64,000 bases of DNA from Bacillota bacterium (GTDB taxonomy: Bacteria; Bacillota; Ch66): positions 15,937 to 79,936 of the forward strand of contig JABLXP010000001.1 of NCBI GenBank assembly GCA_013178045.1, read 5' to 3'. A program made the translations under genes and the position numbers. Under the pieces are notes generated by a model, which saw only the letters and a program-made list of their open reading frames with translations, was not told the DNA's origin and made no database searches. Below are positions 47,322-57,795 of the stretch, piece after piece. The stretch's first letter is position 1; each line of letters opens with the position of its first letter.

Positions 47322-47428
47322 TTTAATTTGCTTAACTACGTCATATTATTATTATAATGAATGTTAAAACCAATTGTTTGGGCAACAATAACCAGTAGGC
47401 GTAGAACTACGTGATGGGGTGAGGATGC

Positions 47429-49549
47429 TTGTCAAAGGTCTTAGTGATCGTGGAATCACCAGCTAAGGCTAAAACCATCGAAAAATTTTTGGGACGTCGC
47501 TATGTTGTCAGGGCTTCCATGGGCCATGTTCGTGATTTGCCGAAAAGCCAATTTGGGGTTGATGTCGAACACGACTTTGAACCTAAATATATTACTATTC
47601 GGGGTAAAGGCGACATCATCAAGGAACTCCGCACAATGGCCAAGAATGCCTCCCGCATCCTGTTGGGACCTGACCCGGATCGGGAAGGAGAAGCAATTGC
47701 CTGGCACCTTTTACATTTGCTAGGGCTTGAAGAAGACGAACCCTGTCGGATAGAATTTAATGAAATTACCAAAAACGCCATTCAGCAGGCCGTAAAAAAA
47801 CCACGTAAAATCGATGAAGACAAAGTTGATGCCCAACAGGCCAGGCGAATACTGGACCGATTAGTTGGCTATAACCTGAGTCCACTTCTCTGGCGCAAGG
47901 TGCGAAAAGGATTAAGTGCTGGTCGGGTGCAGTCGGTAGCTGTTCGACTGATTTGTGACCGGGAACAGGAAATAAACGAATTTGTTTCTGAAGAGTACTG
48001 GACTTTGACCATTGATTTTTCTTCCTCCGGGGGTGGTGAGTTTCCAGCAAAATTGGTAACGCGAGAAGGCGAAAAAATCGCCATTCCCAACGAGGAAACG
48101 ATGAAGAGCATTTTGGCCGAACTTGACCGGGCAGAATACCGGGTGGAGAAAATTATCAAACGGGAAAAAAAGCGGAACCCAGCCCCGCCATTTACAACCA
48201 GCACTCTCCAGCAAGAGGCATATCGACGACTGAATTTTACGGCCCGCAAAACCATGATGGTTGCGCAACAGTTATATGAAGGTCTGGATATAGGGCTTGA
48301 AGGTACGGTCGGTTTGATCAGCTACATTCGAACTGATTCGACCCGGATTTCCCCAATTGCCCAAGCTGAAGCCAGGAGTTATATTGAGAATAAATTTGGC
48401 TCTGCGTATGTACCACCGGAACCGCGTCAGTTCACGATGAAGGGGAAGGCCCAGGATGCTCACGAAGGGATCCGGCCGACTTCGGTCGCGCGCGAACCGG
48501 AGGCCATTCGCAAACTGGTTTCCCCAGAGCAATACAAGCTATACAAATTAATCTGGGAACGGTTTTTAGCCAGCCAGATGAATGCGGCCATTCTTGACAC
48601 GACAACGATCGATATTGCCGCCGGCCCCTACGGCTTTCGCGCTACAGGGTCAGTCGTGCGTTTCCCTGGTTTCATGCAGGTGTACATCGAGAGTCGTGAT
48701 GATGGAGCTATGGAAGAGGAGGGTTTTTTGCCTGAGCTAGCGGAGGGCGAACGCCTGATGCCGGCTGCCATCAAACCAAAACAGCATTTTACCCAGCCGC
48801 CTCCGCGATATACGGAGGCTACTCTGGTCAAGACCTTGGAGGAACGCGGGATCGGCCGGCCGAGTACCTATGCACCGACGATTGATACAATCATTTCGCG
48901 GGGTTACGTGGTTCGTCGGGATAAACAATTATTCCCCACCGAACTGGGGTTCATTGTTGTTGAGATGTTGAAGAAATATTTTCCGGATATTATTGACATT
49001 GAGTTCACCGCGGGTATGGAAGAAAAGCTGGACCTAATTGAAGAAGGTAAGCTATCTTGGAAAGAAGTTATTCGTGAGTTTTATCAGCCATTTCTGCAAA
49101 CATTGAAACAGGCAGAAGAACAAATTGGCGCCATTGAACTGGCTGATGAAATTACAGAGCACCAGTGCGAGCACTGCGGCCGTTTCATGGTAATTAAGCA
49201 TGGCCCTTTTGGTAAGTTTTTGGCTTGTCCTGGTTTTCCCGAATGCCGGAATACCAAACCAATTTTAGAAGAAATCGGGGTGAAATGTCCCCGCTGTGCT
49301 GGCCCGATCGTTTTACGGCACACCAAGAAGGGGAGAAAATTTTATGGCTGTAGCAATTACCCTGAATGTGACTTTGTCTCCTGGGATTTACCCACCAACC
49401 AGCGGTGTCCGCAGTGTGGGAACCTGTTAGTACAAAAAGGTAATCAGCGGCAAGGATGGCGCCTGGTCTGCACAGAGAAGACATGTCAGTATCAGGAAAT
49501 AATTAATGATTTAAACTACCAAAAAGATAAAGAAGGAGAGCTTTTGTAA
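47429..49549 (+). CDS. topA: DNA topoisomerase I
   Basis: VIVESPAKAKTI Toprim domain, active-site SYIRTDS, and three C-terminal CxxC zinc ribbons. Confidence 0.95.
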   Translation: MSKVLVIVESPAKAKTIEKFLGRRYVVRASMGHVRDLPKSQFGVDVEHDFEPKYITIRGKGDIIKELRTMAKNASRILLGPDPDREGEAIAWHLLHLLGLEEDEPCRIEFNEITKNAIQQAVKKPRKIDEDKVDAQQARRILDRLVGYNLSPLLWRKVRKGLSAGRVQSVAVRLICDREQEINEFVSEEYWTLTIDFSSSGGGEFPAKLVTREGEKIAIPNEETMKSILAELDRAEYRVEKIIKREKKRNPAPPFTTSTLQQEAYRRLNFTARKTMMVAQQLYEGLDIGLEGTVGLISYIRTDSTRISPIAQAEARSYIENKFGSAYVPPEPRQFTMKGKAQDAHEGIRPTSVAREPEAIRKLVSPEQYKLYKLIWERFLASQMNAAILDTTTIDIAAGPYGFRATGSVVRFPGFMQVYIESRDDGAMEEEGFLPELAEGERLMPAAIKPKQHFTQPPPRYTEATLVKTLEERGIGRPSTYAPTIDTIISRGYVVRRDKQLFPTELGFIVVEMLKKYFPDIIDIEFTAGMEEKLDLIEEGKLSWKEVIREFYQPFLQTLKQAEEQIGAIELADEITEHQCEHCGRFMVIKHGPFGKFLACPGFPECRNTKPILEEIGVKCPRCAGPIVLRHTKKGRKFYGCSNYPECDFVSWDLPTNQRCPQCGNLLVQKGNQRQGWRLVCTEKTCQYQEIINDLNYQKDKEGELL

Positions 49550-49566
49550 AAACATTCTCTTTGGGG

Positions 49567-50880
49567 ATGGTCACATTGTGTGAGGTTATTATCATTGGAG
49601 GTGGTTTGGCCGGGGCGGAAGCTGCTTGGCAAGTCGCCAAACAAGGGGTACGGGTGATTCTCTGTGAGATGCGCCCCAAGCGTTTAACCCCAGCACATCA
49701 AACCGGCTGGCTGGCTGAGCTGGTTTGCAGCAATTCTCTTAAATCGGCAGCCCTGGATAACGCGGCTGGACTACTGAAGGAAGAGATGCGGCGACTTGAT
49801 TCCCTAATCATCAGGTGCGCCGATACTTGCCGCGTCCCTGCCGGACAGGCGCTGGCGGTTGACCGGCATCTTTTTGCTCAGATGGTTACCCATGAACTAG
49901 AAAAACACCTGCTGGTCACGATCATCAGGGAGGAAGTCACGGCTATTCCGGCCGCCGGTGTCGTCATCGTGGCTTCAGGTCCCCTGACTTCAACCGGGTT
50001 ATCTGACGCTATCGCTAGATTGACAGGGGCAGAACATCTGTATTTTTATGATGCGGTAGCCCCGCTGGTGTTGAGGGATACCATTGACTTTAACTTCGCT
50101 TTCTATGGATCGAGATACAGCCAGACGGATAAGGATTATATTAACTGTCCCCTGACGGCGGAAGAGTACGAAGCTTTTTATCAGGCCCTAGTCCAGGCGG
50201 AAGTTCATCCCTTGAAAGAGTTTGAAGGGGAAATTTATTTTGAAGGTTGCCTACCGATCGAGGTTCTGGCTAAACGAGGCCGTGAAACATTAAGGTTTGG
50301 TCCGATGAAACCTGTTGGATTGATTGACCCGCGCACCGGCCAGCAGCCTTACGCTGTTGTCCAGTTGCGGCAGGATAATCAGCAAGGGACACTCTATAAT
50401 CTGGTTGGTTTTCAAACCAATCTCAAGTGGGGTGAACAAGACCGGGTCTTCCGCCTGATCCCAGCTTTGCGCCAGGCCAGCTTTGAACGGTACGGAGTGA
50501 TGCACCGTAACACCTTTATTGCTAGTCCGGCGGTGCTTGCCCCTACGCTACAGATGCGAGCCGAGCCAAGGATTCTCTTTGCCGGCCAAATTACAGGGGT
50601 TGAAGGTTATGTGGAATCGGCCGCCAGTGGACTGGTTGCTGGTCTTAATGCTGGCCGGATCGTTCGTGGCCTATCACCGCTTATTTTTCCACCAGAAACT
50701 GTGATCGGTGCGCTGTGTCACCACATAACCAACGCGAATCTCTCTACTTTTCAACCAATTAACGCAACTTTTGGCGTGCTGCCACCTTTACCGCAACGAA
50801 CTCGTTCCAAGCGGGAACGACATCGGCTCCTCGCCGAGCGCTCACTTATGGTGTTGAGAAACATGGTGATTCTTGAGTGA
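49567..50880 (+). CDS. trmFO: methylenetetrahydrofolate-tRNA-(uracil54-C5)-methyltransferase
   Basis: IIIGGGLAGAEAAW FAD motif and Gid/TrmFO-family length, in the position after topA. Confidence 0.9.
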   Translation: MVTLCEVIIIGGGLAGAEAAWQVAKQGVRVILCEMRPKRLTPAHQTGWLAELVCSNSLKSAALDNAAGLLKEEMRRLDSLIIRCADTCRVPAGQALAVDRHLFAQMVTHELEKHLLVTIIREEVTAIPAAGVVIVASGPLTSTGLSDAIARLTGAEHLYFYDAVAPLVLRDTIDFNFAFYGSRYSQTDKDYINCPLTAEEYEAFYQALVQAEVHPLKEFEGEIYFEGCLPIEVLAKRGRETLRFGPMKPVGLIDPRTGQQPYAVVQLRQDNQQGTLYNLVGFQTNLKWGEQDRVFRLIPALRQASFERYGVMHRNTFIASPAVLAPTLQMRAEPRILFAGQITGVEGYVESAASGLVAGLNAGRIVRGLSPLIFPPETVIGALCHHITNANLSTFQPINATFGVLPPLPQRTRSKRERHRLLAERSLMVLRNMVILE

Positions 50881-50906
50881 AAAATTGAAAAACAAGAGGA
50901 ATTTTT

Positions 50907-50963
50907 GGTTTGTTTGTCGAATAAATTTTGCAAGGTTTGTTTTTTACAAGGTTTGTTTTGTCG
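50907..50963. repeat. three copies of a GGTTTGTTT(T)GTCG-type motif upstream of xerC
   Basis: GGTTTGTTTGTCG (50907-50919), then tandem CAAGGTTTGTTTTTTA (50931-50946) and CAAGGTTTGTTTTGTCG (50947-50963). Confidence 0.7.
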
Positions 50964-50990
50964 TCTAACTGGTAAGGTAGTGAAATAATA

Positions 50991-51905
50991 ATGATAAGTA
51001 AACTGGATGAATGGTTGGACCGTTTCCTGGTCTACCTGCAAGTCGAGAAAAACGCTTCTTCAATGACGCTGGTCAGCTACCAAACTGACCTTTTACAGTT
51101 TCTTGACTTTCTCAGCAATACGGGTAAGGGTGGGTCAGAGCGAATTACGCATTTGACGATCCGGGAATATCTGGCTTACTTACAGAGTCGGGCCTTGTGC
51201 CGAACAACAATTGCTCGTAAACTGGCGGCGATTCGTTCATTTTTTAAATACCTGGCCAGGGAAGAACTAATCCCTTACAACCCGCTGACTAGAGTATCGA
51301 CCCCAAAAATTGAAAAACGATTGCCGCGTTTTCTTGCGGCTGAAGAAGCTCAGTGCCTGGTTGAAGCCCCAGCAGGAAATTCGCCAATCAATCTCCGCAA
51401 TCGAGCCATCCTGGAGACTCTGTATGGTTGTGGATTGAGAGTTGGGGAATTGGCGGGACTGGATATGTCAGATGTTGACCTTGAGGGCGGTTACGTTCGC
51501 GTTAAGGGCAAAGGTGGGAAAGAACGGATTGTTCCGCTGGGTTCTTTCGCTAAAGCAGCTCTGAGAGCATACCTCACCGAAGGACGCAGTGAATTATTAA
51601 ATCAGCGGAAAACAGGGGTAGTTCAGCTAGCGCTTTTTTTAAATAAAAATGGCAGGCGTCTTTCCGTGCGGATGATTCGCAACCTGGTTGCTCAGTATGT
51701 TCGCGCTTGTAACCTTGACGGGCGTATCAGTCCCCATACTCTGCGTCATTCCTTTGCCACTCATCTCCTCGATGGCGGTGCTGATTTACGGTCGGTTCAG
51801 GAGTTGCTTGGTCACGTGAAGATGTCTACCACCCAGATCTATACGCATGTGACCAAGGAACGCCTGAAAACAGTGTACAAAAATACTCATCCTCGAGAAA
51901 GGTGA
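50991..51905 (+). CDS. xerC: tyrosine recombinase XerC (CodV-like)
   Basis: N-terminal SAM-like domain, then R...HTLRHSFATHLL...GH...TQIYTHV catalytic residues. Confidence 0.85.
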   Translation: MISKLDEWLDRFLVYLQVEKNASSMTLVSYQTDLLQFLDFLSNTGKGGSERITHLTIREYLAYLQSRALCRTTIARKLAAIRSFFKYLAREELIPYNPLTRVSTPKIEKRLPRFLAAEEAQCLVEAPAGNSPINLRNRAILETLYGCGLRVGELAGLDMSDVDLEGGYVRVKGKGGKERIVPLGSFAKAALRAYLTEGRSELLNQRKTGVVQLALFLNKNGRRLSVRMIRNLVAQYVRACNLDGRISPHTLRHSFATHLLDGGADLRSVQELLGHVKMSTTQIYTHVTKERLKTVYKNTHPRER

Positions 51906-51913
51906 GATGACTC

Positions 51914-52444
51914 GTGTTTCATGCGACCACGATCGTGGCGGTTAAAAAAAATGGACGGACAGCAATGGCTGGCGATGGTCAGGTCACTTTTGGTAATAGT
52001 ACAGTTATGAAGCACCAGGCCAGGAAAGTTCGCCGACTGTACCATGACCAGGTGATCGCCGGTTTTGCGGGCTCGGTTGCCGATGCCTTCACCCTGTTTG
52101 AAAAATTTGAGGTGAAGTTGGAACAGTACCGCGGTAATTTGCAGCGGGCGGCGGTAGAATTAGCAAAGGAATGGCGAATGGATCGGGTGCTGCGTCGCCT
52201 CGAGGCAATGTTGATTGTTGCCAATTCGGATCACCTGCTGATTATTTCCGGCAATGGAGAAGTTATTGAACCAGATGATGGGATCGCAGCCATCGGCTCG
52301 GGAGGAGCGTACGCTCTGGCGGCGGCGCGTGCTCTGTGTCGGCATACTGAGCTGGAGCCGGGCGCGGTGGTGAGAGAGGCGATGCAGATCGCGGCCTCGA
52401 TTTGTGTTTACACCAATGACCATATTACTATTGAGGAAGTATAA
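51914..52444 (+). CDS. hslV: ATP-dependent protease subunit HslV (ClpQ)
   Basis: [15 protein letters not shown]-terminal Thr nucleophile and GSGGAYA. Confidence 0.9.
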   Translation: MFHATTIVAVKKNGRTAMAGDGQVTFGNSTVMKHQARKVRRLYHDQVIAGFAGSVADAFTLFEKFEVKLEQYRGNLQRAAVELAKEWRMDRVLRRLEAMLIVANSDHLLIISGNGEVIEPDDGIAAIGSGGAYALAAARALCRHTELEPGAVVREAMQIAASICVYTNDHITIEEV

Positions 52445-52480
52445 ACCGCAGTATATTTTAGATGTCTCAAAGGGGGTGTT

Positions 52481-53890
52481 ATGATGGAAAGTCTGACTCC
52501 GCGTGAAATCGTCCAGGAACTGGACCGCTATATTATTGGTCAGCAGCGGGCAAAGCGAGCAGTAGCCGTAGCCTTGCGTAATCGCTATCGGCGTCGGCAA
52601 CTACCACCTGATCTGCGTGAAGAAGTGATGCCCAAGAATATCATTATGATTGGACCAACCGGCGTAGGTAAAACGGAAATCGCTCGTCGACTGGCTAAAC
52701 TGGTGAACGCACCATTCGTTAAGGTTGAGGCGACCAAGTTTACAGAGATTGGTTATGTTGGTCGAGACGTTGATTCAATGGTTCGCGACCTGGTGGAAAC
52801 AGCCATTAGGATGGTAAAAAGCGAGAAGATGGCCGAGGTCAAGGATAAAGCTGAAAGATTAGCGGAGGAAAGACTGCTGGATATTTTGCTACCCCTACCG
52901 AGCAAAAGACCGAAAAGTGCCCGCAACCCTCTGGAAATGCTGTTTACCGGGATAACCACGGACCAGAATGATGGTGAACGCGATGCCTACCAGAGCGGAA
53001 ACCAGCAGTTGAATGACCAGCGGGAAATTTTCCGGCAGAAGTTACGCCGGGGTGAACTGGAGGACGAGTATGTAGAGATAGAAGTCACGGATCAGTCTCC
53101 TCCAATGCTCGAGGTTTTTTCCGGAGGCGGGGTAGAGGAGATGGGGATCAACTTTCAAGATTTGCTGGGAGGAATGTTTCCCCGGAAAAAGCGAAAACGA
53201 AAGGTGACCGTAGCCGAAGCCCGAAAAATCCTGATTAATGAAGAGGCCCAAAAGCTGATCGATATGGATGAGGTGACCAGTCTGGCTATCCACCGGGCCG
53301 AGCAGGATGGTATTATATTCCTGGACGAAATCGATAAAATTGCGCCCCGGGAAGGGGGATACGGGCCTGACGTTTCGCGCGGCGGAGTTCAACGGGATAT
53401 CCTGCCAATTGTTGAGGGCTCAACAGTTATGACCAAATACGGGCCAGTCAAGACTGATTTCATTTTATTTATTGCCGCCGGGGCTTTTCACGTGGCCAAA
53501 CCATCGGATTTGATTCCCGAACTCCAGGGACGATTTCCGGTGAGAGTTGAGTTGGACAGCCTGACTAAAGAAGATTTTAAACAAATTCTAACTGAACCAC
53601 AGAATGCCCTGGTAAGACAATATGCGGCACTCCTCCAGACAGAACATGTCAGGGTTGAGTTTACGGAAGATGGAATCGAGGAGATTGCGGAAATCGCTTT
53701 TACGGTGAATGCCCAGACAGAGAACATTGGAGCCCGCCGCTTGCACACAATTTTAGAAAAGGTGTTGGAGGATGTGTCTTTCGAAGCCCCGGAGCGGGCT
53801 GGCGAAACTTTGTTAATCGACCGTGCTTACGTTCGGAATAAACTGGCTGACGTTGTGCAGAATGAGGACCTGAGCCGCTACATTTTATAA
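52481..53890 (+). CDS. hslU: ATP-dependent protease ATPase subunit HslU (ClpY)
   Basis: [32 protein letters not shown], and [10 protein letters not shown]. Confidence 0.95.
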   Translation: MMESLTPREIVQELDRYIIGQQRAKRAVAVALRNRYRRRQLPPDLREEVMPKNIIMIGPTGVGKTEIARRLAKLVNAPFVKVEATKFTEIGYVGRDVDSMVRDLVETAIRMVKSEKMAEVKDKAERLAEERLLDILLPLPSKRPKSARNPLEMLFTGITTDQNDGERDAYQSGNQQLNDQREIFRQKLRRGELEDEYVEIEVTDQSPPMLEVFSGGGVEEMGINFQDLLGGMFPRKKRKRKVTVAEARKILINEEAQKLIDMDEVTSLAIHRAEQDGIIFLDEIDKIAPREGGYGPDVSRGGVQRDILPIVEGSTVMTKYGPVKTDFILFIAAGAFHVAKPSDLIPELQGRFPVRVELDSLTKEDFKQILTEPQNALVRQYAALLQTEHVRVEFTEDGIEEIAEIAFTVNAQTENIGARRLHTILEKVLEDVSFEAPERAGETLLIDRAYVRNKLADVVQNEDLSRYIL

Positions 53891-53939
53891 AGGTTATGAT
53901 ATTTTTGTTTGATTAAAAAATGAGGGATGGGGGGAGTCG

Positions 53940-54752
53940 ATGAAGAGTATTCTGGAAAAAGTCAGGGAGATCAACAAATTGCTCCAGAAATCGGCTGGTA
54001 ACGCAGTGGATTTCACGGAAATGGCCGTAGTATTACGCAACAACATTGTTGCCAACGTCTACATCCTTGGCCGGCATGGCAAGGTCTTGGGTTTTGCTTT
54101 TATGAAAGGGTTTCAATGTCCATTTATGCACGAAGTGGTTCAGCACAGGGCGCAATTTCCCGGCAATTTCAATCTCAGCGCCCTGGCTGTCACCGAGACC
54201 CGGGCCAATGTCTCTGGACACAGCCACAAATGCATGTTTGAGCCTAATGACGAGCATACTTGCCAGTTCCCTTACAAGATGATCACGATCGTCCCCATCG
54301 TGGGCGGCGGGGTGCGTCTAGGCACGCTGGTGCTGGGCAAAGGCCTCGAATTGCCAAGTGAAAATGAGGCTCCTATGTTCAACGAGGAGGACCTGGTCCT
54401 GGCTGAGTACGGGGCAACCGTGGTCGGAATGGAAATTCTGCGGGCAAAAGCGGAGGAGGCAGAAGAAGAGGCCAGGCAGAGGGCGGCGGTACAGATCGCC
54501 TTGGGGACGCTCTCTTACTCAGAAAGGGAAGCGGTTGAACACATCTTTGCTGAACTTGAGGGAAACGAAGGATTGCTGGTGGCCAGTAAGATTGCTGACC
54601 GAGCTGGAATTACCAGGTCTGTCATCGTGAGCGCTCTGCGCAAATTTGAGAGCGCGGGCGTAATTGAGTCTAAATCCCTGGGAATGAAAGGTACTTACAT
54701 CCGGGTCCTAAATGATAACCTTTTTGAAGAACTCAACCGTACTCGGAACTAA
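53940..54752 (+). CDS. codY: GTP-sensing pleiotropic repressor CodY
   Basis: N-terminal GAF-like domain and C-terminal HTH ASKIADRAGITRSVIVSALRKFESAGVIES. Confidence 0.9.
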   Translation: MKSILEKVREINKLLQKSAGNAVDFTEMAVVLRNNIVANVYILGRHGKVLGFAFMKGFQCPFMHEVVQHRAQFPGNFNLSALAVTETRANVSGHSHKCMFEPNDEHTCQFPYKMITIVPIVGGGVRLGTLVLGKGLELPSENEAPMFNEEDLVLAEYGATVVGMEILRAKAEEAEEEARQRAAVQIALGTLSYSEREAVEHIFAELEGNEGLLVASKIADRAGITRSVIVSALRKFESAGVIESKSLGMKGTYIRVLNDNLFEELNRTRN

Positions 54753-54769
54753 AGATATTAAACTTTTAT

Positions 54770-54804
54770 AGCCACTTCGACACTGGTCGATGGTGGCTTT
54801 TTTG
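54770..54804 (+). terminator. intrinsic terminator after codY
   Basis: agccacttcgac / actg / gtcgatggtggct followed by TTTTTT. Confidence 0.7.
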
Positions 54805-55010
54805 TTTTGATTAATCACGCTCTTTTTTCCGATAGAACTCCTAAAAAAGCAGGATTCTCCGATGATTTGTAGAAAATAAATATTTTGTCGAGGTAGTTTT
54901 ATGTAACATAGGGGATAAGTACCAACTCAAGGGAAAAATGGAGCTTGTAATAGATTAATGCCGATAAGTCAACTTTAGTCTGGTTTTATTTGGAAAGGGG
55001 TCGGTTAAGC

Positions 55011-55427
55011 GTGCTTGTTGATTTATTGCAAACAACAACACTGGTTGCACTGGAGAAAGCCCTGGATGGTACGGCACGACGTCATCAGGTGATTGTCAAT
55101 AATATCGCTAATGTAGATACGCCGGGTTATAAACGATCTACGGTTCGCTTTGAGGAAGAACTTAAAGTTGCTCTTCAAAGCGGGGGGAAGCTGCCACTTG
55201 TTGTTACTCATCCCTGTCATTTCCGTTCGAATTTGACCCTGGCTGACATCAAACCGCAAATTATTTCTGAATATCAGACCAGTATCCGAAATGATGGAAA
55301 TAATGTCGATATCGACGCGGAAATGGGTGAATTAGCCAAGAACTCTTTGCTCTATCAGGCTTTAGTGCAGCAGTATAACAACCAGCTTAATCGATGGCGT
55401 TTGGTCATTAATGAAGGGAGGCGATAA
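55011..55427 (+). CDS. flgB: flagellar basal-body rod protein FlgB
   Basis: NNIANVDTPGYKR motif. I chose the GTG at 55011, which follows GGAAAGGGG. Confidence 0.85.
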   Translation: MLVDLLQTTTLVALEKALDGTARRHQVIVNNIANVDTPGYKRSTVRFEEELKVALQSGGKLPLVVTHPCHFRSNLTLADIKPQIISEYQTSIRNDGNNVDIDAEMGELAKNSLLYQALVQQYNNQLNRWRLVINEGRR

Positions 55428-55430
55428 TTG

Positions 55431-55883
55431 ATGGGATTCCTTGATTCGATTAATATCAGCGCATCGGCTTTAACGGCCGAACGGCTGCGGATGGATGTGA
55501 TCTCCAACAATATCGCGAATGCGAATACTACCCGGACGGAGGATGGTTTACCCTACCGGCGACGCGTGGTGGTGTTTCAGTCGGTCGAGCCCAAGTCCGA
55601 GTTTTATCAAATCTGGCGGCAGGAACTAACTGAGGGAGAAATAAATTCAGGCCATGGTGTGAGAGTGGCAGAAATTGCCCTTGATAACTCACCGTTTCGT
55701 CGCATCTACGATCCAACTCACCCTGATGCTGGCAGTGATGGTTACGTACAATTCCCAAATGTTAACGTTGTGACCGAAATGGTTGATTTAATCTCGGCGA
55801 CCCGGGCGTATGAAGCCAACGTCACCTCGCTCAATGCTTCGAAAAGCATTGTTCTTAAGGCTCTGGAAATTGGCCGTTCTTAG
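55431..55883 (+). CDS. flgC: flagellar basal-body rod protein FlgC
   Basis: SNNIANANTTRT and VNVVTEMVDLISATRAYEANV. Confidence 0.9.
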   Translation: MGFLDSINISASALTAERLRMDVISNNIANANTTRTEDGLPYRRRVVVFQSVEPKSEFYQIWRQELTEGEINSGHGVRVAEIALDNSPFRRIYDPTHPDAGSDGYVQFPNVNVVTEMVDLISATRAYEANVTSLNASKSIVLKALEIGRS

Positions 55884-55902
55884 GTAGTGGGGAGGGAGAA
55901 CT

Positions 55903-56211
55903 GTGCAAAATTTATCAATTGCTGTGCCAATTAAGAGCGGTTCATCTGCCTTAGAAGCTGCCGGTAATCAAGGGCGGGTTGGGCAGTTAACCTCTTCATT
56001 TGCAGATTACCTGCACCAGGCCATTCAGGAAGTCAGCAATTTGCAGAAAGAAGCCGACCTGACTGCCGCCCAGTTGGCCACTGGTGAGATTAAAGATATT
56101 CATCAAGCGATGATCGCCGCGGAAAAGGCCTCCCTGACGCTGCAGCTGACAATTCAAATCCGTAACAAGGTCCTGGATGCCTATCACGAGATCATGCGTA
56201 TGCAGGTCTAG
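55903..56211 (+). CDS. fliE: flagellar hook-basal body complex protein FliE
   Basis: 102 aa with the C-terminal IHQAMIAAEKASLTLQLTIQIRNKVLDAYHEIMRMQ. Confidence 0.85.
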   Translation: MQNLSIAVPIKSGSSALEAAGNQGRVGQLTSSFADYLHQAIQEVSNLQKEADLTAAQLATGEIKDIHQAMIAAEKASLTLQLTIQIRNKVLDAYHEIMRMQV

Positions 56212-56254
56212 TCCGAGGTGAACGGCGGTTTCAGAGAGGACGGAGAGTTCGTTA

Positions 56255-57790
56255 ATGGAAAACTACTTGTACCGAGTCTGGGAACGGTTAAAAGAGGGAT
56301 GGAGCAAACTGAACATTAACCAAAAGGTACTGGTAGCGGCGGGTTTAATACTCACTGTAATCGCCTTGACGATGGGAATCAAGGCTGTGACACAGCCTGA
56401 ATTGACTCCTCTTTTTCCAAAATTAGAAACACAAGATGCCGCTGCTGTGGTCGCCAAGTTGAAAGAGTTAAAGATTCCTTATCAGATTGGCGAGGACGGC
56501 ACGACCATTCTGGTTGCGCCCAAAGATAAATATGCCACACGATTACAGTTAGCCAATGAGGGTTTGCCGAAAGGAACGATTGGGTTCGAATCACTGAATG
56601 AGAACCGGTTTGGGGAGACGACCCACGACAAAGAAGTACGTTATTTGGTAGCTCTTCAGGGAGAGTTGACCCGAACAATTGAGAGTTTGGCCGAAGTGGA
56701 AAAAGCGCGGGTTCACCTTTCCCTGCCAAAAGATTCTCTTTTTACCGCGGAAAAGCCGAAGCGAACGGCTTCGGTGATGATTAAACTCAAGCCCGGTGCA
56801 AGCTTAAATGAAAGGCAAGTACGGGGCTTGGTTCACTTTGTGGCCAGTAGTGTGGAAAATCTTAAACCGGAAAACGTTACCATTATTGATGTCAATGGAA
56901 ATATTTTATCTGAAGATGTGACAGCCACTGAGCCGGTTTCTGCCAGTAAACTTACGGCTAATCAAATAGAAATTCAAAAGCAGGTGGAAAACCAGTTGGA
57001 GAAATCACTCCAGTCAATGCTGGAACGGGTTGTCGGCTTCGGTAAAGTGGTTGTCCGGGTAAGTGCCAAGCTAGATTTCAACCAGGTGGAGAGTGTCTCC
57101 GAGGTGTGGGGCAACAAGGTGGAACGCAGCATTGAGGAGATCGAAACCCGCTCGACGGGACAGACTGTGCCAGCGCAAGGACCGGTGGGGACTTCGAGTA
57201 ATATTCAGACTTACCCAACGCCTCAGCCCCAGGGTTCTCAATCAGAGAATCAGAACACGCAAACCCGGCGGAACTATGAGATTGACCGAACGGAAACCCG
57301 TACCAAGGTGGCCCCGGGAACAGTTAAAGACCTTTCCGTGGCGGTGATCTATGATGGAGACGACAACTTAAAAACTATGATTGCCCAGACGGTGGCCAAG
57401 GCCGCGGGAATTACTGAGGATAGAGTGTCTGTTACCGCCATGCCCTTTAATACTGCCTACTGGGATAAGCTCCAAGCGGATATGGAAAAGGAGGTACGGA
57501 TGGAGCAACTTAAACGGATGGCGGTTGTCGGTGGAGCTGTTCTAGCGGCGCTGATGGTGGGAGGGATTATGATGTTCCTCTGGCGTCGTCGACAGCGGAG
57601 AGAGCAATTTGATCAGGTTGTTGGAGAAGAGATTACCGTTGAGGATCTCCTGGCTGAACAGTTAGAGTTAACATCAGAAGAGCAAAAGGAGCGGGCCATG
57701 CTTAAAGGACAGCTTGAGAAACTGATCAGGGAAAAACCGGAGGAGGTTGCCCAATTGGTTAAGTCCTGGTTAGTTGAAGATACGAGGTGA
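56255..57790 (+). CDS. fliF: flagellar M-ring protein FliF
   Basis: 511 aa with N- and C-terminal TM segments and a YscJ/FliF domain. Confidence 0.9.
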   Translation: MENYLYRVWERLKEGWSKLNINQKVLVAAGLILTVIALTMGIKAVTQPELTPLFPKLETQDAAAVVAKLKELKIPYQIGEDGTTILVAPKDKYATRLQLANEGLPKGTIGFESLNENRFGETTHDKEVRYLVALQGELTRTIESLAEVEKARVHLSLPKDSLFTAEKPKRTASVMIKLKPGASLNERQVRGLVHFVASSVENLKPENVTIIDVNGNILSEDVTATEPVSASKLTANQIEIQKQVENQLEKSLQSMLERVVGFGKVVVRVSAKLDFNQVESVSEVWGNKVERSIEEIETRSTGQTVPAQGPVGTSSNIQTYPTPQPQGSQSENQNTQTRRNYEIDRTETRTKVAPGTVKDLSVAVIYDGDDNLKTMIAQTVAKAAGITEDRVSVTAMPFNTAYWDKLQADMEKEVRMEQLKRMAVVGGAVLAALMVGGIMMFLWRRRQRREQFDQVVGEEITVEDLLAEQLELTSEEQKERAMLKGQLEKLIREKPEEVAQLVKSWLVEDTR

Positions 57791-57795
57791 AAGGA

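Noticed and set aside
54960-54967. GCCGATAA, a 7/8 match to the sigmaD -10 box, 44 nt upstream of flgB. A second match, TCCGATAG, lies at 54828-54835.
   Set aside because: Neither has a TAAA -35 element at the required spacing of about 15 nt, so the match is to half a promoter only. Transcript mapping might revive it.
56583-56592. GGTTCGAATC, the canonical tRNA T-arm/T-loop sequence
   Set aside because: It is embedded in frame in fliF (..IGFESLNE..). No acceptor or anticodon stems can be drawn around it.
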